From: Nanoarchaeota archaeon SCGC AAA011-G17
GTDB lineage: Archaea > Nanobdellota > Nanobdellia > SCGC-AAA011-G17
Reading direction: 5' to 3'
Length of the DNA: 64,000 bases
NCBI GenBank assembly: GCA_000402515.1
Contig: AQRL01000038.1
Coordinates: 37,344 to 101,343 of the forward strand
Below the pieces are notes generated by a model that was not told the DNA's origin, made no database searches, and saw only the letters and a list, made by a program, of their open reading frames with translations. The translations under genes and the position numbers were made by a program. Shown one piece after another: positions 49,010 through 58,877 of the stretch (positions are counted from its first letter, which is position 1; each line of letters begins with the position of its first letter).

Positions 49010-49462
49010 TTATAATGTTGCTTTTATTTCCCTGGCTTTCTGCCTGAATTTTTCTGCTTTTTTATGCGTTTTTTCTGCAAGGGCAGGGAATCCATCCTGG
49101 TGATATTCTTCTGCTGTTTTATGCATTTCTTCTGCCTTTTTGTAGTATTTTTCTATGTCTTTTTCAGAGTCTTTTTCCAATAATAAGTAAATGAAGTAGA
49201 TTACTAAAATGAATACAACTAAACCAATTATGTATTTTATCGGGTTCTGGATGATATTATCTTTTATTTTCTGGAAAGATGTCCTTGCTGCGTCTGTTAT
49301 TCCCGGGATTGTCTGTGCGGTTATATTGGTGTTGTTTTCTATTGAATTAACTGTCTGATTTGTTGTGTTTCCTATTAGATTAACTGTCTGATTAGTTATG
49401 TTTTCTGCATAGACCAATGGGATAAGAAAGATAAGTAATGTTAATAATAGTATTTTTTTCAA
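49010..49462 (-). CDS. Membrane protein with N-glycosylation sequon repeats (NQT/NTT/NIT) and charged C-terminal tail
   Basis: Signal/TM. 'NITNQTVNLIGNTTNQTVNSIENNTNIT'. Confidence 0.35.
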   Translation of the reverse strand: MKKILLLTLLIFLIPLVYAENITNQTVNLIGNTTNQTVNSIENNTNITAQTIPGITDAARTSFQKIKDNIIQNPIKYIIGLVVFILVIYFIYLLLEKDSEKDIEKYYKKAEEMHKTAEEYHQDGFPALAEKTHKKAEKFRQKAREIKATL

Positions 49463-49544
49463 GTTTATTCCTCCTTTTTGTTTTAATAAAAGGCTCTTAT
49501 TGTGTATTTAAATATTATTGTAGTAGAGTAATAAAATAGAAGTG

Positions 49545-49961
49545 TTATGTATGAGTAGTACTTACTTTTATTTTTGAGATAAATTCCCTTACATCCTTTT
49601 CTAATTCTTCTGTTATTGATTCAAAGACTATGGTATCATTAATTTCTCCATACTGGTGGGCAAGAATATTCCTCATCCCCTTTGCTTCTCTTAATTTTTG
49701 GCATAGTGCTTCATGAATTATTTTGTGGTCAAATAGTATTCTAAAAGCGTCAATATCATCTTCTGGGATCTCGAATTTTTTTTGTTTTATAACCATAAAG
49801 GCTAGATCTGTTATTCCTTCAATTATTTTTTCAGTGTACCTTTCGCATGCAGCTTTTAATATCTTATTTGATTTATATTCTTCAATGGTGTTAGGTATGA
49901 TTTCTTCTAGGTCTGTCAATAAACCTTCAATTTCATTTATTTTATCCTTTAATCTGCTCAA
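49545..49961 (-). CDS. HEPN-domain toxin (HepT/DUF86)
   Basis: Rx4-6H motif 'MRNILAHQYGEI'. Downstream of, and overlapping by 4 nt with, the MNT gene. Confidence 0.65.
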   Translation of the reverse strand: MSRLKDKINEIEGLLTDLEEIIPNTIEEYKSNKILKAACERYTEKIIEGITDLAFMVIKQKKFEIPEDDIDAFRILFDHKIIHEALCQKLREAKGMRNILAHQYGEINDTIVFESITEELEKDVREFISKIKVSTTHT

Positions 49962-50548
49962 GCAGCTTCACCCATTATCTTTTTCATTCTTATAAAATAA
50001 TCATTATCCTTTAAATATTTTATACTGAATGATAGGTTATCAAAACTTCCTTTTTTATATAGTATCTTGTGGTTTCTTGCTATTTCCCTTTTTATTTTCT
50101 GAGGCAGAATGTTAAATACCTGTATATCTACATTTTTAGGCAGCTCTCCTGATATTCTTATTCTAAATCTTGTTGCTTCTTCTACAGAAATATCCCTGAA
50201 TATAACACAGATGTCAATATCTGATCTTTTTGTAACTATACCCTTAACATGAGAGCCAAATAACAGTATTGCTTTAATTTCCTCTTTTAATTTATCCTTA
50301 AGCATTAATTCAACAGCCTTTTTGATTAATTTTTCAATTCCTGCTCTTTTTTTTAAATTAAATTCTTCTTTGAATGCTGAAATTTCAGAAATGAATTCCA
50401 GTTTTTTTCTTATATCTCTTGAGAGCCTGTTTTTTTCTGATTGAGTCAAGCTGATTCCGAGTAATTGTTTTTCTATTATTTTTAGCTCTCTCTCTCCAAA
50501 TATTTTTCTTGCTTTTTCATTATTCCTTAGAAAGTTTAGTAATGACAT
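49958..50548 (-). CDS. Minimal nucleotidyltransferase (MntA-like antitoxin)
   Basis: 'LLFGSHVKGIVTKRSDIDICVIF' is the NTase GS...DxD motif. Confidence 0.7.
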   Translation of the reverse strand: MSLLNFLRNNEKARKIFGERELKIIEKQLLGISLTQSEKNRLSRDIRKKLEFISEISAFKEEFNLKKRAGIEKLIKKAVELMLKDKLKEEIKAILLFGSHVKGIVTKRSDIDICVIFRDISVEEATRFRIRISGELPKNVDIQVFNILPQKIKREIARNHKILYKKGSFDNLSFSIKYLKDNDYFIRMKKIMGEAA

Positions 50549-50652
50549 CTTAAAATAACCTAAATTATGGTTATATTTAAACTTTTCTATTAATAATAAT
50601 TAGCTTTTGTCTGATTACCTTTACGAAATATTTATCTAAACTTGGGTGGTTG

Positions 50653-51312
50653 TTACCCGATTTTGTGCTTCTTCTCACAGTCATTAAGATACTTATTTCT
50701 CATCTTGTTGATTTCACGCATGATAGGCATTTCAAGACCCCTTTCTTCCAGTAAATCAAGCCTTTCTCCTATCCAGGTTATCCATACATCTTGTTTGCTC
50801 TCTTTAATCTGGTTTTTTAGTTCTTGAAGGATTGTTTTCCATTTTACTCCTATAGATACAAGGCTTTCACAGTCTTCTAAGTCGCCAGCTCTTTCAGTTA
50901 TTGTCTTGAATAAAAAAACATCTTCATTTGAACAGAGAAATAATGTTATATGCCTGAGATTAATCATTTTTCTTGCTCTTTGCATCATATCTTCTGATAA
51001 TGAAAATTTTCCGCAGACCTCCCTTTCAAAAAGGTCAATTCTATGGTCTCCTTTTTGGAATATTTGATTAAGGTTCATGTGCCTGTATTCTCTTCCGGGA
51101 ATTTTTAGTGAGAAGCCAAGTTGTTCCAATGCTCTCTGAAGCTCGATGAATTCTTTTTTTGTCGCCACAACAATATCAATGTCTTTAGTTGCCGCTTTAA
51201 TCCCCTGTTCAAGAAGCACTGTTCCCCCTATTGTATAGATATTAACTTTTTTGTACATGACCTTATCTATCTCTTTAAATAGCTCTTCAATCTGTTTAAA
51301 TTTTGATATCAT
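50653..51312 (-). CDS. Nucleotidyltransferase-fold protein (AbiEii-like)
   Basis: 'IYTIGGTVLLEQGIKAATKDIDIVV' resembles the AbiEii GGTAL...DxD motif. Confidence 0.45.
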   Translation of the reverse strand: MISKFKQIEELFKEIDKVMYKKVNIYTIGGTVLLEQGIKAATKDIDIVVATKKEFIELQRALEQLGFSLKIPGREYRHMNLNQIFQKGDHRIDLFEREVCGKFSLSEDMMQRARKMINLRHITLFLCSNEDVFLFKTITERAGDLEDCESLVSIGVKWKTILQELKNQIKESKQDVWITWIGERLDLLEERGLEMPIMREINKMRNKYLNDCEKKHKIG

Positions 51313-52187
51313 CTTATCTTTATCTTATATACAGCTGCCCTATCTTTTATCTCCTGATAGGTTGGATACCCCTTTATTGTTTTACCATCAAAAACAGCAT
51401 CTAAATTTGTGAGTATCTGATGCTTTATCTTAAATTCATTCCTGAATTTTGCATAGAACAGGGATATAAATATCAAATTTTTTATGCCCATATCTTTTTC
51501 TACGATATAAAGCGAGTGCTTTAATATGTCTTTCTTTGTAAGCTTCTTTTTTGGAAGATAATAATAATTAGTTATAGTGAGGATTTCTATTTTATAATCC
51601 TTATATGCTGAGAAAGCTGTTTTTGTAGCATCAAGCTCCTCTTTGTTTGAAAAAATAATCTCATCATTCTTTTTATAGTAAATTATTGAGCTTGCAGGAA
51701 TCCTTTCATCTATTTTAGCTTCATATTTTTTTAGCTCTTCCAAGAATTCCTTTAGTGAAGACCAGAGCTTATCATTTATCTCAAATGTCGACATATTTTT
51801 TCTTATTAAACTTCTTTTCTTTGCCTGCTCAAGCTTCTTGTATATTACTGTTTTTTTAAAACCTGTCTCATTCATTATATTTTTAATTGTTACTGGCTTT
51901 AGCATTGCTGTAAATATTGCTATTCCTGAATTAGAAAGCACAGGAGCCAGATTTGGCGTTTTTGCCAGCATTTGAAGGAGAAGAGAGATACAGGTTGTTT
52001 TTTTGGATTCATTGCCTCTTTCAATAATTTCTTTGTCTTGAAGCCTTTTAGTTGTAACATATATCTGCTTATCACTTTTTTTTAGGGCTTTCGCTAGTGA
52101 TTTTATGGATTTATTGCCATTTGCTATCTGTTCAAGCACCAATATTTCTGTTTTTGATAATTGCATAATTCCGTTAAAACGTAACAA
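51309..52187 (-). CDS. wHTH-containing protein (AbiEi-like antitoxin/regulator candidate)
   Basis: N-terminal 'LSKTEILVLEQIANGNKSIKSLAKALKKSDKQIYVTTKRL'. 4-nt overlap with the downstream NTase gene. Confidence 0.4.
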   Translation of the reverse strand: MLRFNGIMQLSKTEILVLEQIANGNKSIKSLAKALKKSDKQIYVTTKRLQDKEIIERGNESKKTTCISLLLQMLAKTPNLAPVLSNSGIAIFTAMLKPVTIKNIMNETGFKKTVIYKKLEQAKKRSLIRKNMSTFEINDKLWSSLKEFLEELKKYEAKIDERIPASSIIYYKKNDEIIFSNKEELDATKTAFSAYKDYKIEILTITNYYYLPKKKLTKKDILKHSLYIVEKDMGIKNLIFISLFYAKFRNEFKIKHQILTNLDAVFDGKTIKGYPTYQEIKDRAAVYKIKIR

Positions 52188-52409
52188 CTATATAAATCTT
52201 TCTAATTTTAGCGGAATAAATAAAAAAGAAATTATTTGTATCTGATAGTTGGCAGTTTGATAGATGAACTTACCCTCTAAAATCAAATTTTTTAAATAAA
52301 GGGTAAAGGGGAATTTATTCAAAACAAGCGTTTTTATCCCCCAGAATTGTTTGGTGCTTCATATCCCAAAATACATAATTTATATAAAGAAAAGTTAGAA
52401 TAAGATATT

Positions 52410-53024
52410 ATGGAATTAATTAAAACAATAAAAACAATCTCAAATATAATTTATATCTATAAAATAGATAATGATTTATTAGCCTTTAAACCCAGCAAAA
52501 ATATAGAAAAAGAGATATTAGCAAACAAACTGGCCAAATTGTTTAATATAGATACACTAGACATAAGGCCTGCTGAGATAAATAATAAGGAAGGAATTTT
52601 AATGCCTTACCTGAAAGACAGCAGCCTATTGATGCTTTACAAAAGGGAGCTGGATAAAAAACAAATAAGGCAGTTAAAAAGAATAATCCTATTTGATATA
52701 TGGATAGGGAACAAAGACAGGCATACAGCAAATATTTTTGTTAATCATAACTTAACTATATTTGACCATGAGAAGATATTCCAAGGCGGAAATGCAAGAA
52801 ATTTCATTAAGCTGGATATAGGAAGAAAGTTAGATAAAGATTATGTCAGCATAATTGAAAATCTGCTGGACAAGGATTTAACAGCAATGCAGGCCTTAAA
52901 AAGACTTAACTTTGGAAAAGAAGATTTTGTAAATATAAATGATGAGGATATTAAGAATATAACACAAGATGAAGAAATAAGTAATTTTTTAATTTCAAGA
53001 AAAAACTTTGATATTAGGTTCTAA
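52410..53024 (+). CDS. HipA C-terminal-like kinase-fold protein (short)
   Basis: 'ILFDIWIGNKDRHTANIFV' and 'IFDHE' resemble the HipA catalytic and DFG-like motifs. Confidence 0.4.
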   Translation: MELIKTIKTISNIIYIYKIDNDLLAFKPSKNIEKEILANKLAKLFNIDTLDIRPAEINNKEGILMPYLKDSSLLMLYKRELDKKQIRQLKRIILFDIWIGNKDRHTANIFVNHNLTIFDHEKIFQGGNARNFIKLDIGRKLDKDYVSIIENLLDKDLTAMQALKRLNFGKEDFVNINDEDIKNITQDEEISNFLISRKNFDIRF

Positions 53025-53495
53025 ATCTTTAAAAACAGCCATCAAAGCATCATCCTCTCTGCCATCCCCGATAAACCAAGATTTTATTTTAATAATTTTT
53101 TCCTGCTCTAAAAAAGATTCTGGAATATCATCGATTGCAGTAATATTATTTATATCTACATTTAAATCATCTGCTATTTTTTTAAGAGACTTTTTTCCGT
53201 TCTGCAGGTCCTCTTTCCCATATATCTTGATGAAATTGTCTAAAATATTCAATGCTTTTAATTTCCTGATAGTTATTTCTTTACTTACTACAGAAAAAGC
53301 AATCAATTTAAAGTGTTTTTTTGCCTCTCTAATGAATTCACCCACTCCAGGCCTTGGGCTAAGATAGTATTTATCAAATATTAATTTTCCTGCGTAATCC
53401 TTATAATTTTTTTTGAATTTCTCCAGAAAGAATAGCGGTTCTATATTCAGCAGGGTTTCATCAACATCCAGGACAAGAAACTTTTCTGAACTCAT
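52995..53495 (-). CDS. HAD-superfamily hydrolase (NIF/FCP1-like small phosphatase?)
   Basis: Motif I 'LVLDVDETLL'. Confidence 0.5.
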   Translation of the reverse strand: MSSEKFLVLDVDETLLNIEPLFFLEKFKKNYKDYAGKLIFDKYYLSPRPGVGEFIREAKKHFKLIAFSVVSKEITIRKLKALNILDNFIKIYGKEDLQNGKKSLKKIADDLNVDINNITAIDDIPESFLEQEKIIKIKSWFIGDGREDDALMAVFKDLEPNIKVFS

Positions 53496-53543
53496 AGATT
53501 TAAATATAGATTAATATGTTTATATAGTTAACTATAAAATAAG

Positions 53544-54893
53544 TTATTCGTATCTTGCAGATGGTTGATATTTTTTACCCTTGCCTTTTCCGAATGGGTT
53601 CTTTATAGAAACTCTTGTTAAAATTAAGATTACTAAAACTACTGATACTATGACTATTAATACTGTACTGTTATTCTTTGCTGCCCCTATAACTGCACCT
53701 GTAATTCCTGCTAATCCTCCTGTTGTTGGTGTTACTGTTTCAGTTGGTGCTACTTCTGTTGGTGTTACTGGTGTTTCTTCAGTAGTTGTTTCTGCTGGTG
53801 TTACTCCAACTCGTGTTCCACCTGCACCACCTGCATTTGTTGTTGTACTTGATGATGGTGTTGAAGTTGTTGTTGTACTTGTATCTGCTAATAATGTGAA
53901 TTTTGTAAAGTGGGACACCTTGAACTCTATTTTGTTATTTGCAGGATCTCTTACTATCTCTGTTATTCCTGCATTTGTCCAATCATTAGATGCTACATCA
54001 AAGAAGTATGGGCTTATTTTGCTTTCATCTGTAATTCCTGCTAAAGCAAGTTCTTCATCAGTATAAGTAATGGTTAATGTTACTGGCTCATTAAATACAT
54101 TTGTTGTTCCGCCATCTATCTGGAATTCAAATATTTTTGATAATACCTTTAATGTAACTGTTGTTGGGGCTGCTACAGCATTCTTTGCTATTTGCTGTAC
54201 TTTAATCCCGGTTGCTCCTGCTGGTAGTGCATTTGCTGGGATTTTAATTTCTGAACTACCTAAATTAATAGTATTTTCTACTCTCTTGTCTGTAACTGTG
54301 ACTGGTGTTTCTGGGGCGGTTACTTCAAAATTTGAAGGGCCTCTGAAATTAGCTTGGTTATCATCTGTTCCGCCATAAACTCTTGCTTCTACTTCTACAC
54401 TTTGATCAACAAATGTTCCTGGAAGCTTTGACTGGTCAATTATTAGTGTGTAGGTGATAAAGCCTGAGCCTTGATTTGGTATTGCTCCATAGCCATAACC
54501 ATATCCAAAGTTCTGATATCCATACCCATTTCCATAGCCGTAGCCATAACCATAATCCTGTTTATAATTCAAATTACTAACATCTGTTTGTACTGATGTT
54601 ATAAAGTCACAATCTGACTTATCATCTTGTATTCTACATGTAAGTTTATTATCCCCATCATTGAAGATTAAATCTGTGTATTGTATTGGAAGGAATTCTC
54701 CATCATTTATTGTTACACTAATAGTAAATGTGTATTTTGTTGGATTTCCATTCCCATCCTTAGAAAAAACATTAATATCTGGTGTTGTCAGAGAAACGTC
54801 AATTGCTCGTGCTGGACCTGAGAAAATAAGTAAGGAAATAACTGCAATTGTCAAGAAAATACTGATTATATTCTTTTTTGCATTAGTGTTCAT
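53544..54893 (-). CDS. Surface protein: signal peptide, YG-repeat domain, Thr/Pro-rich stalk, C-terminal TM anchor
   Basis: 'YGYGYGYGNGYGYQNFGYGYGYG'. 'STTTTSTPSSSTTTN...TPTEVAPTETVTPTTGG'. C-terminal TM plus 'KGKGKK'. The N-terminal domain is paralogous to 55710..58787. Confidence 0.5.
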   Translation of the reverse strand: MNTNAKKNIISIFLTIAVISLLIFSGPARAIDVSLTTPDINVFSKDGNGNPTKYTFTISVTINDGEFLPIQYTDLIFNDGDNKLTCRIQDDKSDCDFITSVQTDVSNLNYKQDYGYGYGYGNGYGYQNFGYGYGYGAIPNQGSGFITYTLIIDQSKLPGTFVDQSVEVEARVYGGTDDNQANFRGPSNFEVTAPETPVTVTDKRVENTINLGSSEIKIPANALPAGATGIKVQQIAKNAVAAPTTVTLKVLSKIFEFQIDGGTTNVFNEPVTLTITYTDEELALAGITDESKISPYFFDVASNDWTNAGITEIVRDPANNKIEFKVSHFTKFTLLADTSTTTTSTPSSSTTTNAGGAGGTRVGVTPAETTTEETPVTPTEVAPTETVTPTTGGLAGITGAVIGAAKNNSTVLIVIVSVVLVILILTRVSIKNPFGKGKGKKYQPSARYE

Positions 54894-54974
54894 CAGAATC
54901 TTTTTAGAAACTCAAACTTTATAAATATTCCTACTAATCTTTAGATAGTTAAAAATATATATTTGAGTATATAA

Positions 54975-55295
54975 TCAAGCAGGAATTGAAATTTTTTCCT
55001 TTAAGAGTTTTTCTGCTTCTATATTAACAACAGACCAATAATAATCTATAAACTTCTCTACCAAGGGATTATCCCTGTTTAACTTATACATCTTAGCTTT
55101 CCCAACATCCCTTGTATGTATAACTATCTCTCTTTTAATCAATTCTTTCCAGATTTCCTTTAGAGCAGTATAACTTACTTTTGAATATCCTGCAATGTCT
55201 TTCATTGAATAGTCAAATTCAGAATGAACTATCAAAAAATTCCAAATCCTATTTTTTACATTATTCCCTTCAATTTTTAAAAATGCAGATACCAT
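54975..55295 (-). CDS. Small winged-helix DNA-binding protein
   Basis: ~106 aa. 'MKDIAGYSKVSYTALKEIWKELIKREIV' has a wHTH-like layout. Confidence 0.35.
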   Translation of the reverse strand: MVSAFLKIEGNNVKNRIWNFLIVHSEFDYSMKDIAGYSKVSYTALKEIWKELIKREIVIHTRDVGKAKMYKLNRDNPLVEKFIDYYWSVVNIEAEKLLKEKISIPA

Positions 55296-55398
55296 ACATT
55301 ATTCAGTAATTTAGTTATTTATAAATGTTTCTTTTTTGACTCTTAAGGGCCATAAAAATGGCTAAATATTTATATTGTTAAAATTATTTGATCATTAT

Positions 55399-55708
55399 AT
55401 GAAGATAAAGAAGAGCGAATATATTATAATAAGCAGAACCTTAATAAGAAAATTATATGATGAAACCTGTTTTGGCAAGGGTTCCTTATATGCTGAAAAT
55501 CTAAGGGGGGGGCATTCCAAATAACTATATTGATAAGATGGAAATTGTTCTTGATGCTTTAGTTAAACAGAATATCTGTGGAAGAAAAAAGAAAGAACAT
55601 GGCTGGAAATATTTTTTAAATATAAAAAGAATGGATAAAATAAAAGAGATAATAAAAGAAAAAGGGGATAACTCGATAATTCCTATTTTGTTAATTTTAG
55701 AGATTTAG
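55399..55708 (+). pseudogene. ~104-aa ORF split by a +1 frameshift in a G8 homopolymer (55505..55512)
   Basis: Frame 1 ends 'LRGGHSK*'. Removing one G fuses it to the downstream frame 'IPNNYIDKMEIVLDALVKQNICGRKKKEHGWKYF...ILEI*'. Confidence 0.35.
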
Positions 55709-55709
55709 A

Positions 55710-58700
55710 TTATACACATTCCTCTGTGCTGAGATAATTAAGGAGCTTTATCATGTCGTGTATATCTGTTTTACCGTCCTGATTTACATCTGCCTTATTA
55801 TCCTCTGTGTTTAGTATCTTTAGTATTTCAAGCAAATCATAGACATCTACCTTATCATCCTTTGTTATATCTGCATACTGCTTACAGCTTGGGTTAATAA
55901 TCAAAACTGTCTTTGCTGCTGCTGCTGTTAGTGTGGCTTTTGATACCTCCAAGGTTATTCTCTGCTGCCCTGTTGTTGTGTAAAAGTGTGTTGTTGCTGG
56001 TGTATCAAGATAAGGTGTATCAAATGCGCCATCATTATTGAAGTCCCATCTGTATCTTAGTTTCTCATCACATCTCTTTGTATCAAGTAATTTTGTCAGC
56101 TTGTAAATGTCTATAGCATCAATCTTTCCGTCAGCATTTAAATCTCCCTTCTTAACAGGGGATTGTTTCGTCAAGGATAGTAATTCGATAAGGTCAAAAA
56201 TATTTATTTTATTATTTGAATCCAGATCAGCGTTCTTACACTCTGGGTCGTAACTTGAATCTGCATTTAATGTGAAATTTAATCCTATTCCTCCCTTATC
56301 CGGGGTTGATGTGAAGCTTGCTAGTATTGAGGAGAAGGAAACATCGAATCCTTCATCTATCTGTCCATCACAATCATTGTCTTTTCTATCAAAGATTTCT
56401 GTTGCTCCTGGATATGATTCTTTATTAAGATCATCACAGTCATTTGTCTTTCTTGCTGTGTAATAGCCTTCTGATTTTTCTAATTCCTTGAATCTGGAGG
56501 TTCCGTAGCCATCCTTATCAAAGTCGTAATAGAACTTGAATAATTCTACTGGCTTTACCTCTGTTTTCTTTCCCATTGTGAACAGGGATAAGTGATTAGT
56601 AATTGCCCATACATAATTCTCCTCTGTGTTTACACCTGAGTTTGGCTCCTGGACCCAGTCTTTCAGATCTTCATTATAGTAATACATACGTAATTCTGAT
56701 TCTGGAGTAGTTCCAAGATCTTCTGGATCTCTGTAATGCATCTTTAATAATGCCTGCTTGATGTCATTCTCTATCTGTGCTTCTGGTTCTATAACCATGA
56801 ATTTTTGATTTGTTAATCCGGGTAGTGTAAAGCTCTGCTCTGCTGGCATTTCATCGTATACCTTTACAGTAATGCTTCCTGATTGTTGCTCATTTGTTGA
56901 TATGCTTAATTCAAATCCTGTTTCATCTTCATTTGTTTCTATCTTTGATAGTGTTTGTTCAGCTTGTTGCAGTGTTTCTACGATTGTTGTTATTAATGGG
57001 ACTAGAACATCCTGCTTTGTTTCCATCTTTGGTGGCTCTGAGCCTATGCATGTTCCCCAAACACCTGTTGACTGACATGTCTTTGTTCCTCCGACTCCGC
57101 AGATATTTGTTGCTGCCGGCTTACAATCTTGCAATGAACCGGATTCTGAATTATCTGTTAGACTTGAGCAGTCAAGGTCGTTAAGATCTGAAAATCCGTC
57201 ATTATCATTATCTAGATTATCATTACACTGGTTTGGTGTTTCTGGGATTGGGATGATACAATTATTTCCTGATTTTACATAGCCAACGTCACAGGTGTAT
57301 TCACACTTTTGAGAAGAGCATGAAGATACTAAATTTCTTGATGCATCTGCTGTTAAACCCTTATTATCGTCTGTGCATAATCCAGAATTTGCTGGGATTA
57401 ATCCTGTACATAGTGGAGGAAGTTGTAAGGTACAACTATTTCCTGATTTTGTATAGCCAGAAGGACATATATATTCACACTTATTAGCATCAGTACAACT
57501 GTTTGCCAGACTTCTTGTTGTGTCTACTAGTAAATTCTTATTATCATCTGCACATAACTGGGCATTAGATATAGTTGCTCCTGTACATGAGAAGGTTGGT
57601 GGGATAACTGCACACTCATTTCCTGATTTTGTAAATCCTGATGAACAAGTATATTCACATTTTACAGTTGTACATGAGGATGTTAAACTTCTTGTTGTGT
57701 TTGCTGTTAATCCAGTATCATCATCTGCACATAACTGGGCATTAGATATAGTTGCTCCTGTACATGAGAAGGTTGGTGGGATAACTGCACAGACATTATT
57801 TTCATCAATCAAGTTATTACAATTATTATCTATTCCATCACATATTTCTGTTGATGGTGTGCATGTTGGCTGACAGATGTTTCCTTCATCTACATTTCCA
57901 TCACAATCATTATCTATATCATCACATTTTTCAATTCCAGGCTCTATCTCAGACTGAGTAAGCGACCATGAGCCTGAAACACAGGTGTTTATTTCTTTTC
58001 TGCATGCCCCTTCATCTGTTCCTGTTTCTGCTGTTAAATCCTCATCTATTATATTATTACAATTATCATCCTTGTTATTACAGACTTCTGCTGCTGATGG
58101 TTTTTCTCCTATACAGGCAGACCATTTTCCAGCTGTACAGGTTTGAGTTCCAAATTTACACTCTCCTGTATTTGAAGAACCACATGGCTTTGTATCCCCA
58201 CTCTGGCATTCACCAACTGTAAATGTGCTTGAATCTTTTGCATATTCAAAGGAGTTTATTTCCCCGACTGAATTTACCTTTAGCGTTGCCTTGAAATTTC
58301 CAGCTGTCAGTGATTCTGAAGAAACATCCCATGTAATTGTGTATGATAAAATACCTGTGAAGCCAAATCCGGTTCCTCCGTAGCCATAGCCATAGCCGAA
58401 TAGAGTTCCCTGGTAATTATTATTTGCACCATAGCCATAACCATATAATTGTTCACTTGTTCCATAATCCCCTGAATTTGTTCTGGTTATTGTCAGGTAA
58501 TCACAGCCTGAAACCTTTGTGCCATCTGGGTAAAAAACACATTCTTTTAAAAATGGAAGAGAATTATCATAAATCTGCAACTTTAAGGTCTGAATAGGAA
58601 TTCTTTCATTAGCTGGAATATCTATCCCTACATTGAAATTAATTGTTTCTGTTTTCAGATAACTTGCTTTGTTTGTTGTTATGCTCAAGTCTACTGCATT

Positions 58701-58787
58701 TGCAATTCCGGTGAAAAGCAGGATAATTATTATAGAAACAGTAAGAATACTACTAACTAAAGTTTTTCCCCTCTTGTTCAATTTCAT
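55710..58787 (-). CDS. Giant surface protein (1025 aa): signal peptide, YG-repeat domain, Cys-rich EGF-like modules, two C-terminal dockerin-like modules
   Basis: 'YGYGYGANNNYQGTLFGYGYGYGG'. Repeated 'CAVIPPTFSCTGATISNAQLCADD' modules. Ca-binding-like 'DLDSNNKINIFDL', 'DLNADGKIDAIDI', 'DITKDDKVDVYDL', 'DVNQDGKTDIHDM'. Confidence 0.6.
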   Translation of the reverse strand: MKLNKRGKTLVSSILTVSIIIILLFTGIANAVDLSITTNKASYLKTETINFNVGIDIPANERIPIQTLKLQIYDNSLPFLKECVFYPDGTKVSGCDYLTITRTNSGDYGTSEQLYGYGYGANNNYQGTLFGYGYGYGGTGFGFTGILSYTITWDVSSESLTAGNFKATLKVNSVGEINSFEYAKDSSTFTVGECQSGDTKPCGSSNTGECKFGTQTCTAGKWSACIGEKPSAAEVCNNKDDNCNNIIDEDLTAETGTDEGACRKEINTCVSGSWSLTQSEIEPGIEKCDDIDNDCDGNVDEGNICQPTCTPSTEICDGIDNNCNNLIDENNVCAVIPPTFSCTGATISNAQLCADDDTGLTANTTRSLTSSCTTVKCEYTCSSGFTKSGNECAVIPPTFSCTGATISNAQLCADDNKNLLVDTTRSLANSCTDANKCEYICPSGYTKSGNSCTLQLPPLCTGLIPANSGLCTDDNKGLTADASRNLVSSCSSQKCEYTCDVGYVKSGNNCIIPIPETPNQCNDNLDNDNDGFSDLNDLDCSSLTDNSESGSLQDCKPAATNICGVGGTKTCQSTGVWGTCIGSEPPKMETKQDVLVPLITTIVETLQQAEQTLSKIETNEDETGFELSISTNEQQSGSITVKVYDEMPAEQSFTLPGLTNQKFMVIEPEAQIENDIKQALLKMHYRDPEDLGTTPESELRMYYYNEDLKDWVQEPNSGVNTEENYVWAITNHLSLFTMGKKTEVKPVELFKFYYDFDKDGYGTSRFKELEKSEGYYTARKTNDCDDLNKESYPGATEIFDRKDNDCDGQIDEGFDVSFSSILASFTSTPDKGGIGLNFTLNADSSYDPECKNADLDSNNKINIFDLIELLSLTKQSPVKKGDLNADGKIDAIDIYKLTKLLDTKRCDEKLRYRWDFNNDGAFDTPYLDTPATTHFYTTTGQQRITLEVSKATLTAAAAKTVLIINPSCKQYADITKDDKVDVYDLLEILKILNTEDNKADVNQDGKTDIHDMIKLLNYLSTEECV
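57543..57614. repeat. 72-bp perfect direct repeat inside the giant surface-protein gene (second copy at 57720..57791, period 177 bp)
   Basis: Identical DNA at both sites. It corresponds to the duplicated Cys-rich module. Confidence 0.8.
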
Positions 58788-58877
58788 TACAGCTAAAAAG
58801 AAAGAAGAGATTATATATAAAGTTAATGGGAATAGAGTATATATTTAGGAATAGCTCTTAATCTTGTTTTTTCTTTT

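Noticed and set aside
57520-57873. Plus-strand ORF with an internally repeated peptide (SSAHNWALDIVAPVHEKVGGITA x2)
   Set aside because: It is a shadow ORF. Its repeat merely reflects the 72-bp DNA duplication in the sense-strand surface-protein gene.
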